The notes under the pieces: generated by a model
The model's input: the letters and a program-made list of their open reading frames with translations, nothing else
Told to the model about the DNA's origin: nothing
The model's database searches: none
Position numbers and translations under genes: made by a program
Shown here: positions 30,540 through 38,850 of the stretch, piece by piece
How positions within the stretch are numbered: the stretch's first letter is position 1
Layout of the letters: each line of letters begins with the position of its first letter
Source: an uncultured Candidatus Saccharibacteria bacterium
Lineage (GTDB): Bacteria > Patescibacteriota > Minisyncoccia > UBA6257 > WO2-44-18
DNA length: 64,000 nt
Assembly: GCA_964503795.1 (NCBI GenBank)
Contig: CAZDBT010000001.1
Location: 4,518 to 68,517, forward strand
Reading direction: 5' to 3'

Positions 30540-30571
30540 AGTATCGTATAAATTGTAAAACTTAAAGACTT

Positions 30572-31681
30572 ATGAAGAAGCAAAAAATACTCTACTTGGT
30601 CACTAAAGATGATGTGGGCGGCGCGCAGAAATACGTCGCCGACCTCTCCGGCGGCCTAGATCCCGAGCAATTTGACATCAAGGTGATCACCGGCGGAAAA
30701 GCCGGAGCGCGGTTTTTATCTAATTCCTTTTGGCCTTTCCTGCTGTTCATCAATGACTGGCTGGCGTTGGGAGGATTATTCCTGATCTTCCGGAGAGAGC
30801 GGCCGGCGATAGTCCATCTTAACAGCTCTAAGGCAGGAGTGATCGGCGCTATAGCGGCGAAGCTGGCCGGAGTGCCTAAGGTGGTCTTCACGGCCCATGG
30901 CTGGGTTTTTAATCCGGACAATTACCTAAGCCTCTCCCGACGCTGGACCTATATCGCCTTTCATAAATTCGCCGGCTATTTTCAAAATAAGATCATCAAC
31001 GTTTCCGAATATGACCGCCAGCTGGCGCTAAAATATCACATTGCCGATCCCGCCAAACTGGTCACCATTCACAACGGCCTGGACTGGCAGAATCTGAAAT
31101 TTCTGGATAAAAAAACCGCCCGCAAAGCGCTGGCGACTCTGGCGCGAACCAGATCCGATAATGAAATTTGGATAGGCTCGATCGGCCGACTGGTCGCCGA
31201 AAAAAGTCATGAGGATTTTATTGAGGCCGCCGCCCTGGTAGAAAATCCACAAACCAAGTTTTTTGTTATCGGCGACGGATCTTTAAAAACAAAATTGGAA
31301 CGCCGGATCAAAGCAGTCGGATTAGAGAACCGGTTCTTCCTGATCCAAAACATTTCACCAGCCGCTCCTTATCTGAAGGCCTTTGATCTGTTCCTGCTCT
31401 CCTCGATCAAGGAAGGACTGCCGTACACTTTATTGGAAGCAATGACCGCCCAGCTGCCGATCATCGTCACGCGCGTCGGAGGGATGCCGGAAATAATTTC
31501 CGACCGGGGATTGATAATGCCGCCCCGCGAACCGGAGGAGTTGGCTCGCGCCATCAATCATCTGATCTCCAAACCGGAAGAGGCCAAAAAAATAGCGGCG
31601 GCGGGTAACGAATTTCTCAAAAAGAAACTGGGGATCGAGCAAATGTTGGCCGCCACCAGAGAAATTTATCTTAACGACTAA
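30572..31681 (+). CDS. GT4 glycosyltransferase
   Basis: 369 aa. KEGLPYTLLEAMTAQLPIIVTRVGGMPE is a GT4 motif. Transcribed divergently from the upstream GT4. Confidence 0.7.
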   Translation: MKKQKILYLVTKDDVGGAQKYVADLSGGLDPEQFDIKVITGGKAGARFLSNSFWPFLLFINDWLALGGLFLIFRRERPAIVHLNSSKAGVIGAIAAKLAGVPKVVFTAHGWVFNPDNYLSLSRRWTYIAFHKFAGYFQNKIINVSEYDRQLALKYHIADPAKLVTIHNGLDWQNLKFLDKKTARKALATLARTRSDNEIWIGSIGRLVAEKSHEDFIEAAALVENPQTKFFVIGDGSLKTKLERRIKAVGLENRFFLIQNISPAAPYLKAFDLFLLSSIKEGLPYTLLEAMTAQLPIIVTRVGGMPEIISDRGLIMPPREPEELARAINHLISKPEEAKKIAAAGNEFLKKKLGIEQMLAATREIYLND

Positions 31682-32471
31682 GAGCGTCCACTTCGTTCTG
31701 GACCTGCTGTTGCTGGAGCCCGGTAATTCCCGATAACTTCAAGAACCGGTTGAAATATTCCAACGCCTGCTCTTTATTCTGGACGGACTTATAATAAAAC
31801 CCGAGCTGAAGAAGCAAATTGGGATCGGCAGGTAAAACTTTCAGACCAGCCAGCAGAACATCATCTATCTGGTCGGATTTTGCTTTGTAGAAATCACGGT
31901 AGAATTCCGCCAAACCAAGGTAAGTATAATCGGAATTAGGGTCAAGCTTTAAAGCTCCTAGAAAATTTTGCTCCGCCTTTTGATTATCCCCCAAGTAAGA
32001 GGCGTACAAATTTCCGAGGTTGTAACAGTTGAGGGCGTTGCTGGGGTTGAGTAATTTGGCATACTCCCAAGCATCCCGGACACCGAAAAAATTATCAAAA
32101 TTCTTCTTCACTAATCCGATGTCCATCCAATTGGTTTCATCGGTCGGATCGGCCTCAACCAATTTGATGATGTCAGCCAGTTGATTCCGTTTCTGCTCCA
32201 CAAACTCGGCGGGGTATTTGGCTAAAATTTGCGGATCGCCTAAAAATTTCAAAGCCTGCCCACTATATTTTTTAGTGGTGGCGGGTTTGATAGAACCTTG
32301 GCTGACTGGCGGCGGCGCGAGCAAAGATCCGGTAGATGGCGTAGCGGAAGCAAGGTCGTCCGGATTACTTCCGGCAACTGGAGAACTTCCACGATGAACC
32401 ACCGAATAGACCGCAGTCGCGGTTACGGCCAATAATCCAAAAACGCCGACGGAAAGTAAGATTTTCTTCAT
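31671..32471 (-). CDS. Secreted tetratricopeptide-repeat (TPR) protein
   Basis: 266 aa. An N-terminal hydrophobic signal/anchor (LLSVGVFGLLAVTATAVYSVV) is followed by TPR-like repeats (NALNCYNLGNLYASYLGDNQKAEQNFLGALKLDPN...). Confidence 0.6.
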   Translation of the reverse strand: MKKILLSVGVFGLLAVTATAVYSVVHRGSSPVAGSNPDDLASATPSTGSLLAPPPVSQGSIKPATTKKYSGQALKFLGDPQILAKYPAEFVEQKRNQLADIIKLVEADPTDETNWMDIGLVKKNFDNFFGVRDAWEYAKLLNPSNALNCYNLGNLYASYLGDNQKAEQNFLGALKLDPNSDYTYLGLAEFYRDFYKAKSDQIDDVLLAGLKVLPADPNLLLQLGFYYKSVQNKEQALEYFNRFLKLSGITGLQQQQVQNEVDALSR

Positions 32472-32572
32472 AGATTTAAAAACATAGAAATCTTAACCCA
32501 ATTCAAAACCCCCCGCAAGGGGGGTTTTGAATTCCTAACAGATCTCAAGATGTCGGTTGCCCGACAAACCCG

Positions 32573-35500
32573 TTAGAGACCGAGTACGACCGCAAGACCA
32601 GTGTCGCCGTTGGACAGTCCAGGGACTAAGAATCCGTTGAACCAGTCGTAGTCAACAATGCTCTGTGAGGTATTAGTGGCGTTACCGGACCAGATGAAGT
32701 CATCATCATCTCCAGCATCCACATTGGCAGCCGTGGTTGCGAAGATATAACGACCAGAGGACCAGTCATCACCACCCGAGGTCAGATCTAAGCCGCCTTC
32801 ACTGACGCCCGTTGTTCGATCACCCAAGCTTCCAGTTGAATTATTCAAGCTGGAGAAGGTCGCATCGCCGTCCATCTTGGTAGAGATAGATGGGGTGCTC
32901 GTGCCACCAGTTGCATCTGCGATCAGAGCAAAATACTTGGTAGTACCAGCCGAGACGCGGATAGCTTCAGCGGTAGAACCGCCGGTAGCATCAGTTGGAT
33001 TGAACAAGACGCTTACCCTCGGCGAAGTAGAGCTGTACACCGGGGCATTGGCGTTATCAGCTCCTAGCCGATCGTGAGACGCATTGGCCAAGCCTCCTTG
33101 GTTCAAGAGACCAGAGTTATCAAACGTGTTGCAAGACGGAGAGGAAAATCCGGAATCCGAATAGCAATACAGTCTGAAGTTGGTCACCTTGAAGTTCGCT
33201 GGATGCTGAGCGCCGTCGTTAAGCTCGGTGCTGCTAGTAGCAACCTCAAAAGTCATCTTGTATAAGCTCACACCGTTGCCGCTCGAAGGAGCAGATACGG
33301 AGAACTTGTATAAGGTTTGATTGGTGTTATTAGCAAACTTGCTCGTCCCTAAATCAAGTTTAGAGATAGTCGGAATGCTTCGGGCAATTCTTGCGCCATT
33401 GGAAGCCGAGTCCGAACCACCAGAACCGATCGTGAGACCGGAAGATAGTCCTACGCCGACAGCGCCAGTATTGGTTTTGTCGGAGCTGTTATCCGCGTCG
33501 TAGTTCACGACCACTAAGTGGCCAGGTCGAGCAGCCAATCCGATGCCGATGTTCCCAATGTCACCCTTGATCGTCAAGAGCACTTGGTCATCCTTCGGAA
33601 CAGTCACGCCAGTCAGGGTAGCAGTCGCGAAATCGCTCGCGCTAAAGACTGCTTCGCCGACTTTAGTAGAACCATTCCAAACAGTGACCTTGCTCAAGTC
33701 GTTCGGGGTGTTGGAAGCCATACCTCCATAAGCAACACCGTTGCCGGTGGAAGTAGCGATCTGCAAACCAAGGGTGTTCACGCTGATCGCCTCATTAGTG
33801 GCATTCAATCGCAGGACAGCCAAGGTGTTATCCGTGGTGCCGGCTTGGAGCCACTTCAAGGACGGACTGGAAGAATCCAGGCTTATAGCCAAACTACCAC
33901 CGCTGGCAGCCGTAATTATGCGGCCGTTGTCAGTAGTGCCGGTTTCGGTAATAGATTGACCGGAAACCGCGCCATTACTGGACACGTTGGTGGCAATGCT
34001 CGCAATACCCCAAGACCACTGGCCGCCAAGCTTAGCGCCGGAGATCAAGTTACATTTCATAGAAAGTATCTTGATGGTGCCCTTTGCAAGGGTCATCGGC
34101 GTATCAAGCGAGAAGGTAGAGTCTAATGGAGAAGTGTCGGAGTTGGTCGGATTAATGGTGTTAGTACCAGTAGTCAAAGCAGTCGCGCCATCCCACAGCT
34201 GACAATTAGTTAGGTCATCAGCTGAATTGGAGCCGCTGAAAGTGAGACGAAGCTTCATTGAATTCAGCTTCACATCTTCACCGGAACCGCTAGCATCTAG
34301 GACGTACCTGGTAAACTCATAGCCGTTGACTCCAGCTACCACGGTCTGGGCAGTAGAACTGCCAGTGCCAGAATTGGTGTTGGAATCCAAAGTAACAACC
34401 AATGCGGCGGCCCGAACAGTCATCGTGTTGGTAGTTACGGCGCTGGCCGGGGTCGGAGTAATGCTTACTCCGGAAACCGTACCTCTAACCGTAGTCCAAT
34501 CAGAACTTGGTGTCGTGGAAGCAGCTACAGTGTCGCCATTCGAGAAGTCGGTGTTGTACTTACCTTTTAAGGTGTAGGTATGACGGCCAACTTTGAAGGT
34601 AACAGTGTCGCTGAAGCGGATGGCATTATTGCCACCAGCTACTCCATCAACCGGACCAGCTACTACGGCGCCATTTTCGTCTACCAAAGTGATATTGGTG
34701 ACATCGTTGGTGTCGATAGTACCGCCAGTTCCGGCAGACTCAATGGTAGCCGCATCAAAATTCATTGCAGCAACGGTGATATCTTCACCTTTTACGTCAA
34801 CGACGATGCCCCCCAAAGGCTGGTTAGGCAAGTTGATGGCTACATTTTGAGCGCCGACAGTTGTGGCGTTCTGAACGCTGATGCTGCCAGTGCCGATCTG
34901 CACCTGATAAGCATCAAACCGAGGCTCGGACGCATGGAACAAACCATCATCAGCCGCTGAGCCAGTTTCACTAGCCGTCGGAGAGAGGGAATATCCATAA
35001 GTCAGACCGGTAACCTGAAGATCCTCGTAGCGGTACAGATCAAAGTCAACAGTTCGGTTAGAACCATTAACCACATCGCCCTGTACGTGGAGCTCCTTGT
35101 TGAGGCCTTTCTCGATCTTTATGCCAGAACCGAATTTGGCAGTGTAGTACTTACCATCGGCGCTAACCATGGTGTCATAACTGACGCCATCGAGAACGAT
35201 CTTAACATTAGCCAAGTCGCTAGCCGCGGCAGAACCGGATTGGTTCAAACGGATAGACTTAACCAATACATCTTCATTGGTACCTGCATTTAATCTCAAG
35301 CCGGTAAAGCGATATCCCACGGTGCCGACTTCTTTAGTCTGGCCGGATCCTGGGTCATAAGCGCCTCGAGCAAGAGTTACGCTGCCGATAGACAATGTAG
35401 AATTCACGGTCATTAAGTTGCCTACCATCGGGTAGGAAGCGTTAACCGCGGAAGAACCAGAGACTTCCACGCCTACCAAAGCCAAAGAAACTAATTGGCC

Positions 35501-36331
35501 AGCATAAGCGTCTTGGTCACTGTCGGAATCGCCGGCAAGAGTGATCGTACGGGTCTGGCCAGCTTTCACGACAAAGGAGTCGGTCAAGCGGGCGCGGTGA
35601 TCCGAACCGAAGGTCTTGGACGAACCAAGCCGAATGCCATCTTCATCCAGGTCTACGACTCCGGAGAAAGCGGCATCAGCGCCTTGGCCCTGTCTTTCCA
35701 CTGTCAAAGCTTTGACGGTTACGTCTCCATCAGCGGAAGCGCGGAACACCAACTTGGTGAACGGCCGGCTGGCGAAGGATTCGCCGAAAAGACCCGCAGC
35801 GGGTTGATCAGATGCTAAGGAAACGGTCAAACCAGAACCAACCGGAGTTGGAGCCGGAGTACCAGGAGGAACCGGAACGGCAGAGGCTGATAAAGCTGCA
35901 TATTTAGCCCGAGACTTCGGACCAAAATATCCTACTGCCGGAGCAACTCCATTGGCGGCTTGCCAAGAGGCAACCGCAGCGCTGGTTTTTGCACCAAAGT
36001 AGGTAGTTTCATAGCCAGAAGAACCAGCAGTGCCGGCAACGCCGACGATAGCATGGCCTCCATCATTCAAATACTTTTGCAAGCACATTACGTCATCTCC
36101 TTTTACACCCACGGTGAGGTCGCGAGTGAAATTGCAGGCAACGAAAGAAGGATTGCTACCACCAGCCAATTGTGACTGCAAGGCGGCAATCTGTGCTAAC
36201 AAAGCATTGATTTGGGCTTGCAAGTCGGTCTGCGCGTGAGCGACAGGAACCAACAGGGCAAAACCCGAAAGTGATGCAACGGTCGCCACTGAAATGGCGA
36301 TCGAGGCAAATTTCTTTGTTATATTTCCCAT
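32573..36331 (-). CDS. Giant secreted cell-surface protein: signal peptide, coiled coil, PG_binding_1-like domain, then about 1000 aa of Thr/Ser/Gly-rich beta-rich sequence (S-layer-like)
   Basis: 1252 aa. The N-terminal signal is MGNITKKFASIAISVATVASLSGFALLVPVAHA, and QTDLQAQINALLAQIAALQSQL is a coiled coil. LTVGVKGDDVMCLQKYLN matches the peptidoglycan-binding-domain motif. The remainder is low-complexity T/S/G/V/A-rich. Confidence 0.7.
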   Translation of the reverse strand: MGNITKKFASIAISVATVASLSGFALLVPVAHAQTDLQAQINALLAQIAALQSQLAGGSNPSFVACNFTRDLTVGVKGDDVMCLQKYLNDGGHAIVGVAGTAGSSGYETTYFGAKTSAAVASWQAANGVAPAVGYFGPKSRAKYAALSASAVPVPPGTPAPTPVGSGLTVSLASDQPAAGLFGESFASRPFTKLVFRASADGDVTVKALTVERQGQGADAAFSGVVDLDEDGIRLGSSKTFGSDHRARLTDSFVVKAGQTRTITLAGDSDSDQDAYAGQLVSLALVGVEVSGSSAVNASYPMVGNLMTVNSTLSIGSVTLARGAYDPGSGQTKEVGTVGYRFTGLRLNAGTNEDVLVKSIRLNQSGSAAASDLANVKIVLDGVSYDTMVSADGKYYTAKFGSGIKIEKGLNKELHVQGDVVNGSNRTVDFDLYRYEDLQVTGLTYGYSLSPTASETGSAADDGLFHASEPRFDAYQVQIGTGSISVQNATTVGAQNVAINLPNQPLGGIVVDVKGEDITVAAMNFDAATIESAGTGGTIDTNDVTNITLVDENGAVVAGPVDGVAGGNNAIRFSDTVTFKVGRHTYTLKGKYNTDFSNGDTVAASTTPSSDWTTVRGTVSGVSITPTPASAVTTNTMTVRAAALVVTLDSNTNSGTGSSTAQTVVAGVNGYEFTRYVLDASGSGEDVKLNSMKLRLTFSGSNSADDLTNCQLWDGATALTTGTNTINPTNSDTSPLDSTFSLDTPMTLAKGTIKILSMKCNLISGAKLGGQWSWGIASIATNVSSNGAVSGQSITETGTTDNGRIITAASGGSLAISLDSSSPSLKWLQAGTTDNTLAVLRLNATNEAISVNTLGLQIATSTGNGVAYGGMASNTPNDLSKVTVWNGSTKVGEAVFSASDFATATLTGVTVPKDDQVLLTIKGDIGNIGIGLAARPGHLVVVNYDADNSSDKTNTGAVGVGLSSGLTIGSGGSDSASNGARIARSIPTISKLDLGTSKFANNTNQTLYKFSVSAPSSGNGVSLYKMTFEVATSSTELNDGAQHPANFKVTNFRLYCYSDSGFSSPSCNTFDNSGLLNQGGLANASHDRLGADNANAPVYSSTSPRVSVLFNPTDATGGSTAEAIRVSAGTTKYFALIADATGGTSTPSISTKMDGDATFSSLNNSTGSLGDRTTGVSEGGLDLTSGGDDWSSGRYIFATTAANVDAGDDDDFIWSGNATNTSQSIVDYDWFNGFLVPGLSNGDTGLAVVLGL

Positions 36332-36462
36332 TGTTTAATTTAACTTTTTTACTATCTTAATGTTTTTAATTGCTACTAAAAATTGTTTCCCGTCCCTTCC
36401 CAAGCGCTGATGCGCAGGAGAATCGACCACGAACCGAAAACCAATCTTTATTTCAAACCTTA

Positions 36463-36500
36463 TGGGACTTATAAGTCTTATAGGACCTATAGGTCTTAAG
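36463..36500. repeat. Overlapping perfect palindromes GACTTATAAGTC and GACCTATAGGTC (motif family copy 2), 5' of the giant surface protein gene
   Basis: gggacttataagtcttataggacctataggtcttaag. Both 12-mers are perfect palindromes and share the TATAGGACC core with the 29925 locus. Confidence 0.75.
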
Positions 36501-36602
36501 TAATAACTGGGGATCTTTTTACTGTGAGGAATAAAAAAACTCTCCCAATTGTGGGAGGGCTGAAAATTACGGATTATAAGCAAACAGAACGTAAACTTAC
36601 CC

Positions 36603-36655
36603 GTAAATGACTCAGCCTCACACAAAGTCATTACACTAGTTATAACGAGGCTGTT
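36603..36655 (+). terminator. Plus-strand rho-independent terminator-like hairpin in the intergenic region
   Basis: CAGCCTC, a 27-nt loop, then GAGGCTG followed by TTTTTGTTTT on the plus strand. Both flanking genes are on the minus strand. Confidence 0.4.
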
Positions 36656-36664
36656 TTTGTTTTA

Positions 36665-37306
36665 TTACGCCCTATTTTTGGCTGAATAATAGCTACCGGG
36701 ACCACCGCTACCAATGCGTTCAATTAGGCCTTGAGCGCAAAGTTTTTGCAGGTCATAACGCATTGTTCGCTCGCTGATATCCGGGAATGCGGCAAGGATA
36801 TCTTTTAGCGGCGCCCGCCCCTTGTCTGATTGCCGGATCTTTTCCAAAATTGCCGATTGCCGCATTGTTGCCGAAAACCCATTGCCGCTTCCGCTTTCTT
36901 CCGTGATCAAGAGCTCGGATGCGGCAATTCCAGAGGAATGCCGGATGTCCGCAAAGGTCTTTGCCGGATAATTTGCCGCATTTCCGGCATTTTGAAAAAC
37001 TTTGTCCAAATTCGGCAATCCATCGATTCCCAGTGTTTGCCGCATTGCCGCATTAACAGATTCCAACTCTCCTAAGATAACCTTGGCATTCACCGGCTCA
37101 ATTTCATAAAGCGCCTGACCGATCTTCAGAACGGCATCAATAGCAGACGACGTTTTTATAGCGACGTCAAAATTCTCGGAAGCAACTTCTTCCATGAAAC
37201 GAAAGGCCAGACTTTCAATGCTTTGTTTGAGTTGTTGACGACGGATCTGCGCCGCCACTCGCAAGAGGGCATAACAGATCTCTATGGATTTCTGGTTTGC
37301 AAACAT
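36665..37306 (-). CDS. Putative transcriptional regulator with C-terminal winged-HTH (DeoR/Fic-associated type)
   Basis: 213 aa. The C-terminus ILEKIRQSDKGRAPLKDILAAFPDISERTMRYDLQKLCAQGLIERIG looks like a wHTH DNA-binding module. Divergent from galU-like. Confidence 0.45.
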   Translation of the reverse strand: MFANQKSIEICYALLRVAAQIRRQQLKQSIESLAFRFMEEVASENFDVAIKTSSAIDAVLKIGQALYEIEPVNAKVILGELESVNAAMRQTLGIDGLPNLDKVFQNAGNAANYPAKTFADIRHSSGIAASELLITEESGSGNGFSATMRQSAILEKIRQSDKGRAPLKDILAAFPDISERTMRYDLQKLCAQGLIERIGSGGPGSYYSAKNRA

Positions 37307-37332
37307 TAAAAATTATATTAAGCTTTTGCTAT

Positions 37333-38172
37333 ATGAAAGTCAAAAAGGCCATCGTGCCGGTAGCCGGGTTGGGGATCAGAGTTATGCCTCTCACGTTGCA
37401 TCAGCCAAAAGCGATGATCGGTATTGTGGACCGACCGATCATTCATTACGTGCTGGATGAAATAGTAGCCGCCGGAGTCAGAGAAATAATCTTCGTTACC
37501 GGCCCTAATCAGCCAGAGTTTAAAAAATATATTAGCTACCTGGAAAGCAACCCCGAATGGCAAAAGCTAAAAGTGAAGTTTGAATTTGTCGTGCAGCAAG
37601 AACCATTGGGAAATGGCGACGCCGTTTATGCCGCCCGCTCCTTCATTAAAAATGAGCCCTTTTTGGTCTGCTTCGGCGATGACCTGCTGGCGGATAAAAA
37701 TCCCCCATTAAAAACCTTGGTCGGTTTGTTTCAAAAAACCGGAGCGCCGATAGTGACATTGGAACCGGTGCCCGGCCAATTGGTTTCCAGCTATGGCGTG
37801 GTCAGATCCATTCCATCCCCGTTGGCTAAAGACTTACACCTGATCACGGACGTAGTGGAAAAACCCGAGATCGGCAAAGCGCCTTCAAATCTGACGATCA
37901 TCGGAAGATATATACTGACACCGGCCATTTTTCAAGAGATCAAAGCGCTCTACCCATACCAAGGAAAGGAGATCGCGCTGGCCCACGCCCTGAAAAATTA
38001 CGCGGCCGGGGGAGATAAGTTGTATGGGTGGCATTTTCGGGGAAAAAGATTTGATGCCGGATCAAAGATCGGCATTTTAAAAGCCCAGGTGTATTTCGGC
38101 CTGCGACATAAAGACTTCGGACCGGAATTCCAGAAATATCTAAAGGCCCCAGCGGGAAAAGGCCAGAACTAA
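37333..38172 (+). CDS. Sugar-1-phosphate nucleotidyltransferase, UTP-glucose-1-phosphate uridylyltransferase (GalU)-like
   Basis: Start at MKVKKAIVPVAGLGIRVMPLT (ATG 37333). The AIVPVAGLG-R--P-T motif is typical of GalU/RmlA-type nucleotidyltransferases. Confidence 0.7.
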   Translation: MKVKKAIVPVAGLGIRVMPLTLHQPKAMIGIVDRPIIHYVLDEIVAAGVREIIFVTGPNQPEFKKYISYLESNPEWQKLKVKFEFVVQQEPLGNGDAVYAARSFIKNEPFLVCFGDDLLADKNPPLKTLVGLFQKTGAPIVTLEPVPGQLVSSYGVVRSIPSPLAKDLHLITDVVEKPEIGKAPSNLTIIGRYILTPAIFQEIKALYPYQGKEIALAHALKNYAAGGDKLYGWHFRGKRFDAGSKIGILKAQVYFGLRHKDFGPEFQKYLKAPAGKGQN

Positions 38173-38850
38173 AACCAGGAGCAGAACGAATATATTGATC
38201 AGGATCAGCGCCGATCTCTTGTTTAGTTCGCCCCGCAAATATTGGTCGCAAAAAGAAATAACCACGGCGTAAAACAGCATAGAGATGTTGGAGGCGCTGA
38301 CAAAACCAACCGGCAGAAAATTCGCCGCCCAAGCTATCTGGGAACTAAGAAAAGCGGTCAGCCAAAAAGCCAGCCGTTTTTTTAGAAAATCCTTGGACAA
38401 AAAAAGCAAAACGGAAAAAAGAAGCGGCAATGTCCACCAAAGGCTTCCTTGATCGTAATAAAAGAACATCAGGAAGGACGGGTAGGCCAAAGCGAAACTT
38501 AAGAACACGCGCCAGCCGCCTCTTTGGATAAGGATCAGGTCTTTAATGCCGATCAAGACATAGAAAAGGAAGGGAAAATAGACGACCGCAAAATAAAAAT
38601 CGATCGTATCCGTGAAGGTCCGGATGAACAAGATTGCGCTAAGTAATAACACAAAAAAGGTCCCGGCGAGCTCCAAAGTCCGGAAAAACGGCCTAAGATA
38701 GAGGAAGATGGAAACCGCTAAGAAAAACAGGATCGGAAGAGTAGAAAAACCACCCAGTTTTGCAAGAGCAAAAAAAGCGGCAAAAACGAGCGCCTTAAGC
38801 GCTAACGCTGATTGCGGATTCCGAAAAACCGATTTTAACTTTGTCACCAT
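38140..38850 (-). CDS. Hypothetical polytopic membrane protein
   Basis: 236 aa, 6-7 hydrophobic segments. No family recognised. Confidence 0.4.
   Translation of the reverse strand: MVTKLKSVFRNPQSALALKALVFAAFFALAKLGGFSTLPILFFLAVSIFLYLRPFFRTLELAGTFFVLLLSAILFIRTFTDTIDFYFAVVYFPFLFYVLIGIKDLILIQRGGWRVFLSFALAYPSFLMFFYYDQGSLWWTLPLLFSVLLFLSKDFLKKRLAFWLTAFLSSQIAWAANFLPVGFVSASNISMLFYAVVISFCDQYLRGELNKRSALILINIFVLLLVLVLAFSRWGL

Noticed and set aside
36335-36631. 98-aa minus-strand ORF in the surface-protein leader region
   Set aside because: It spans the palindromic repeat, yielding IGPIRLISPIR. It sits in an obvious regulatory intergenic region and has no start context.
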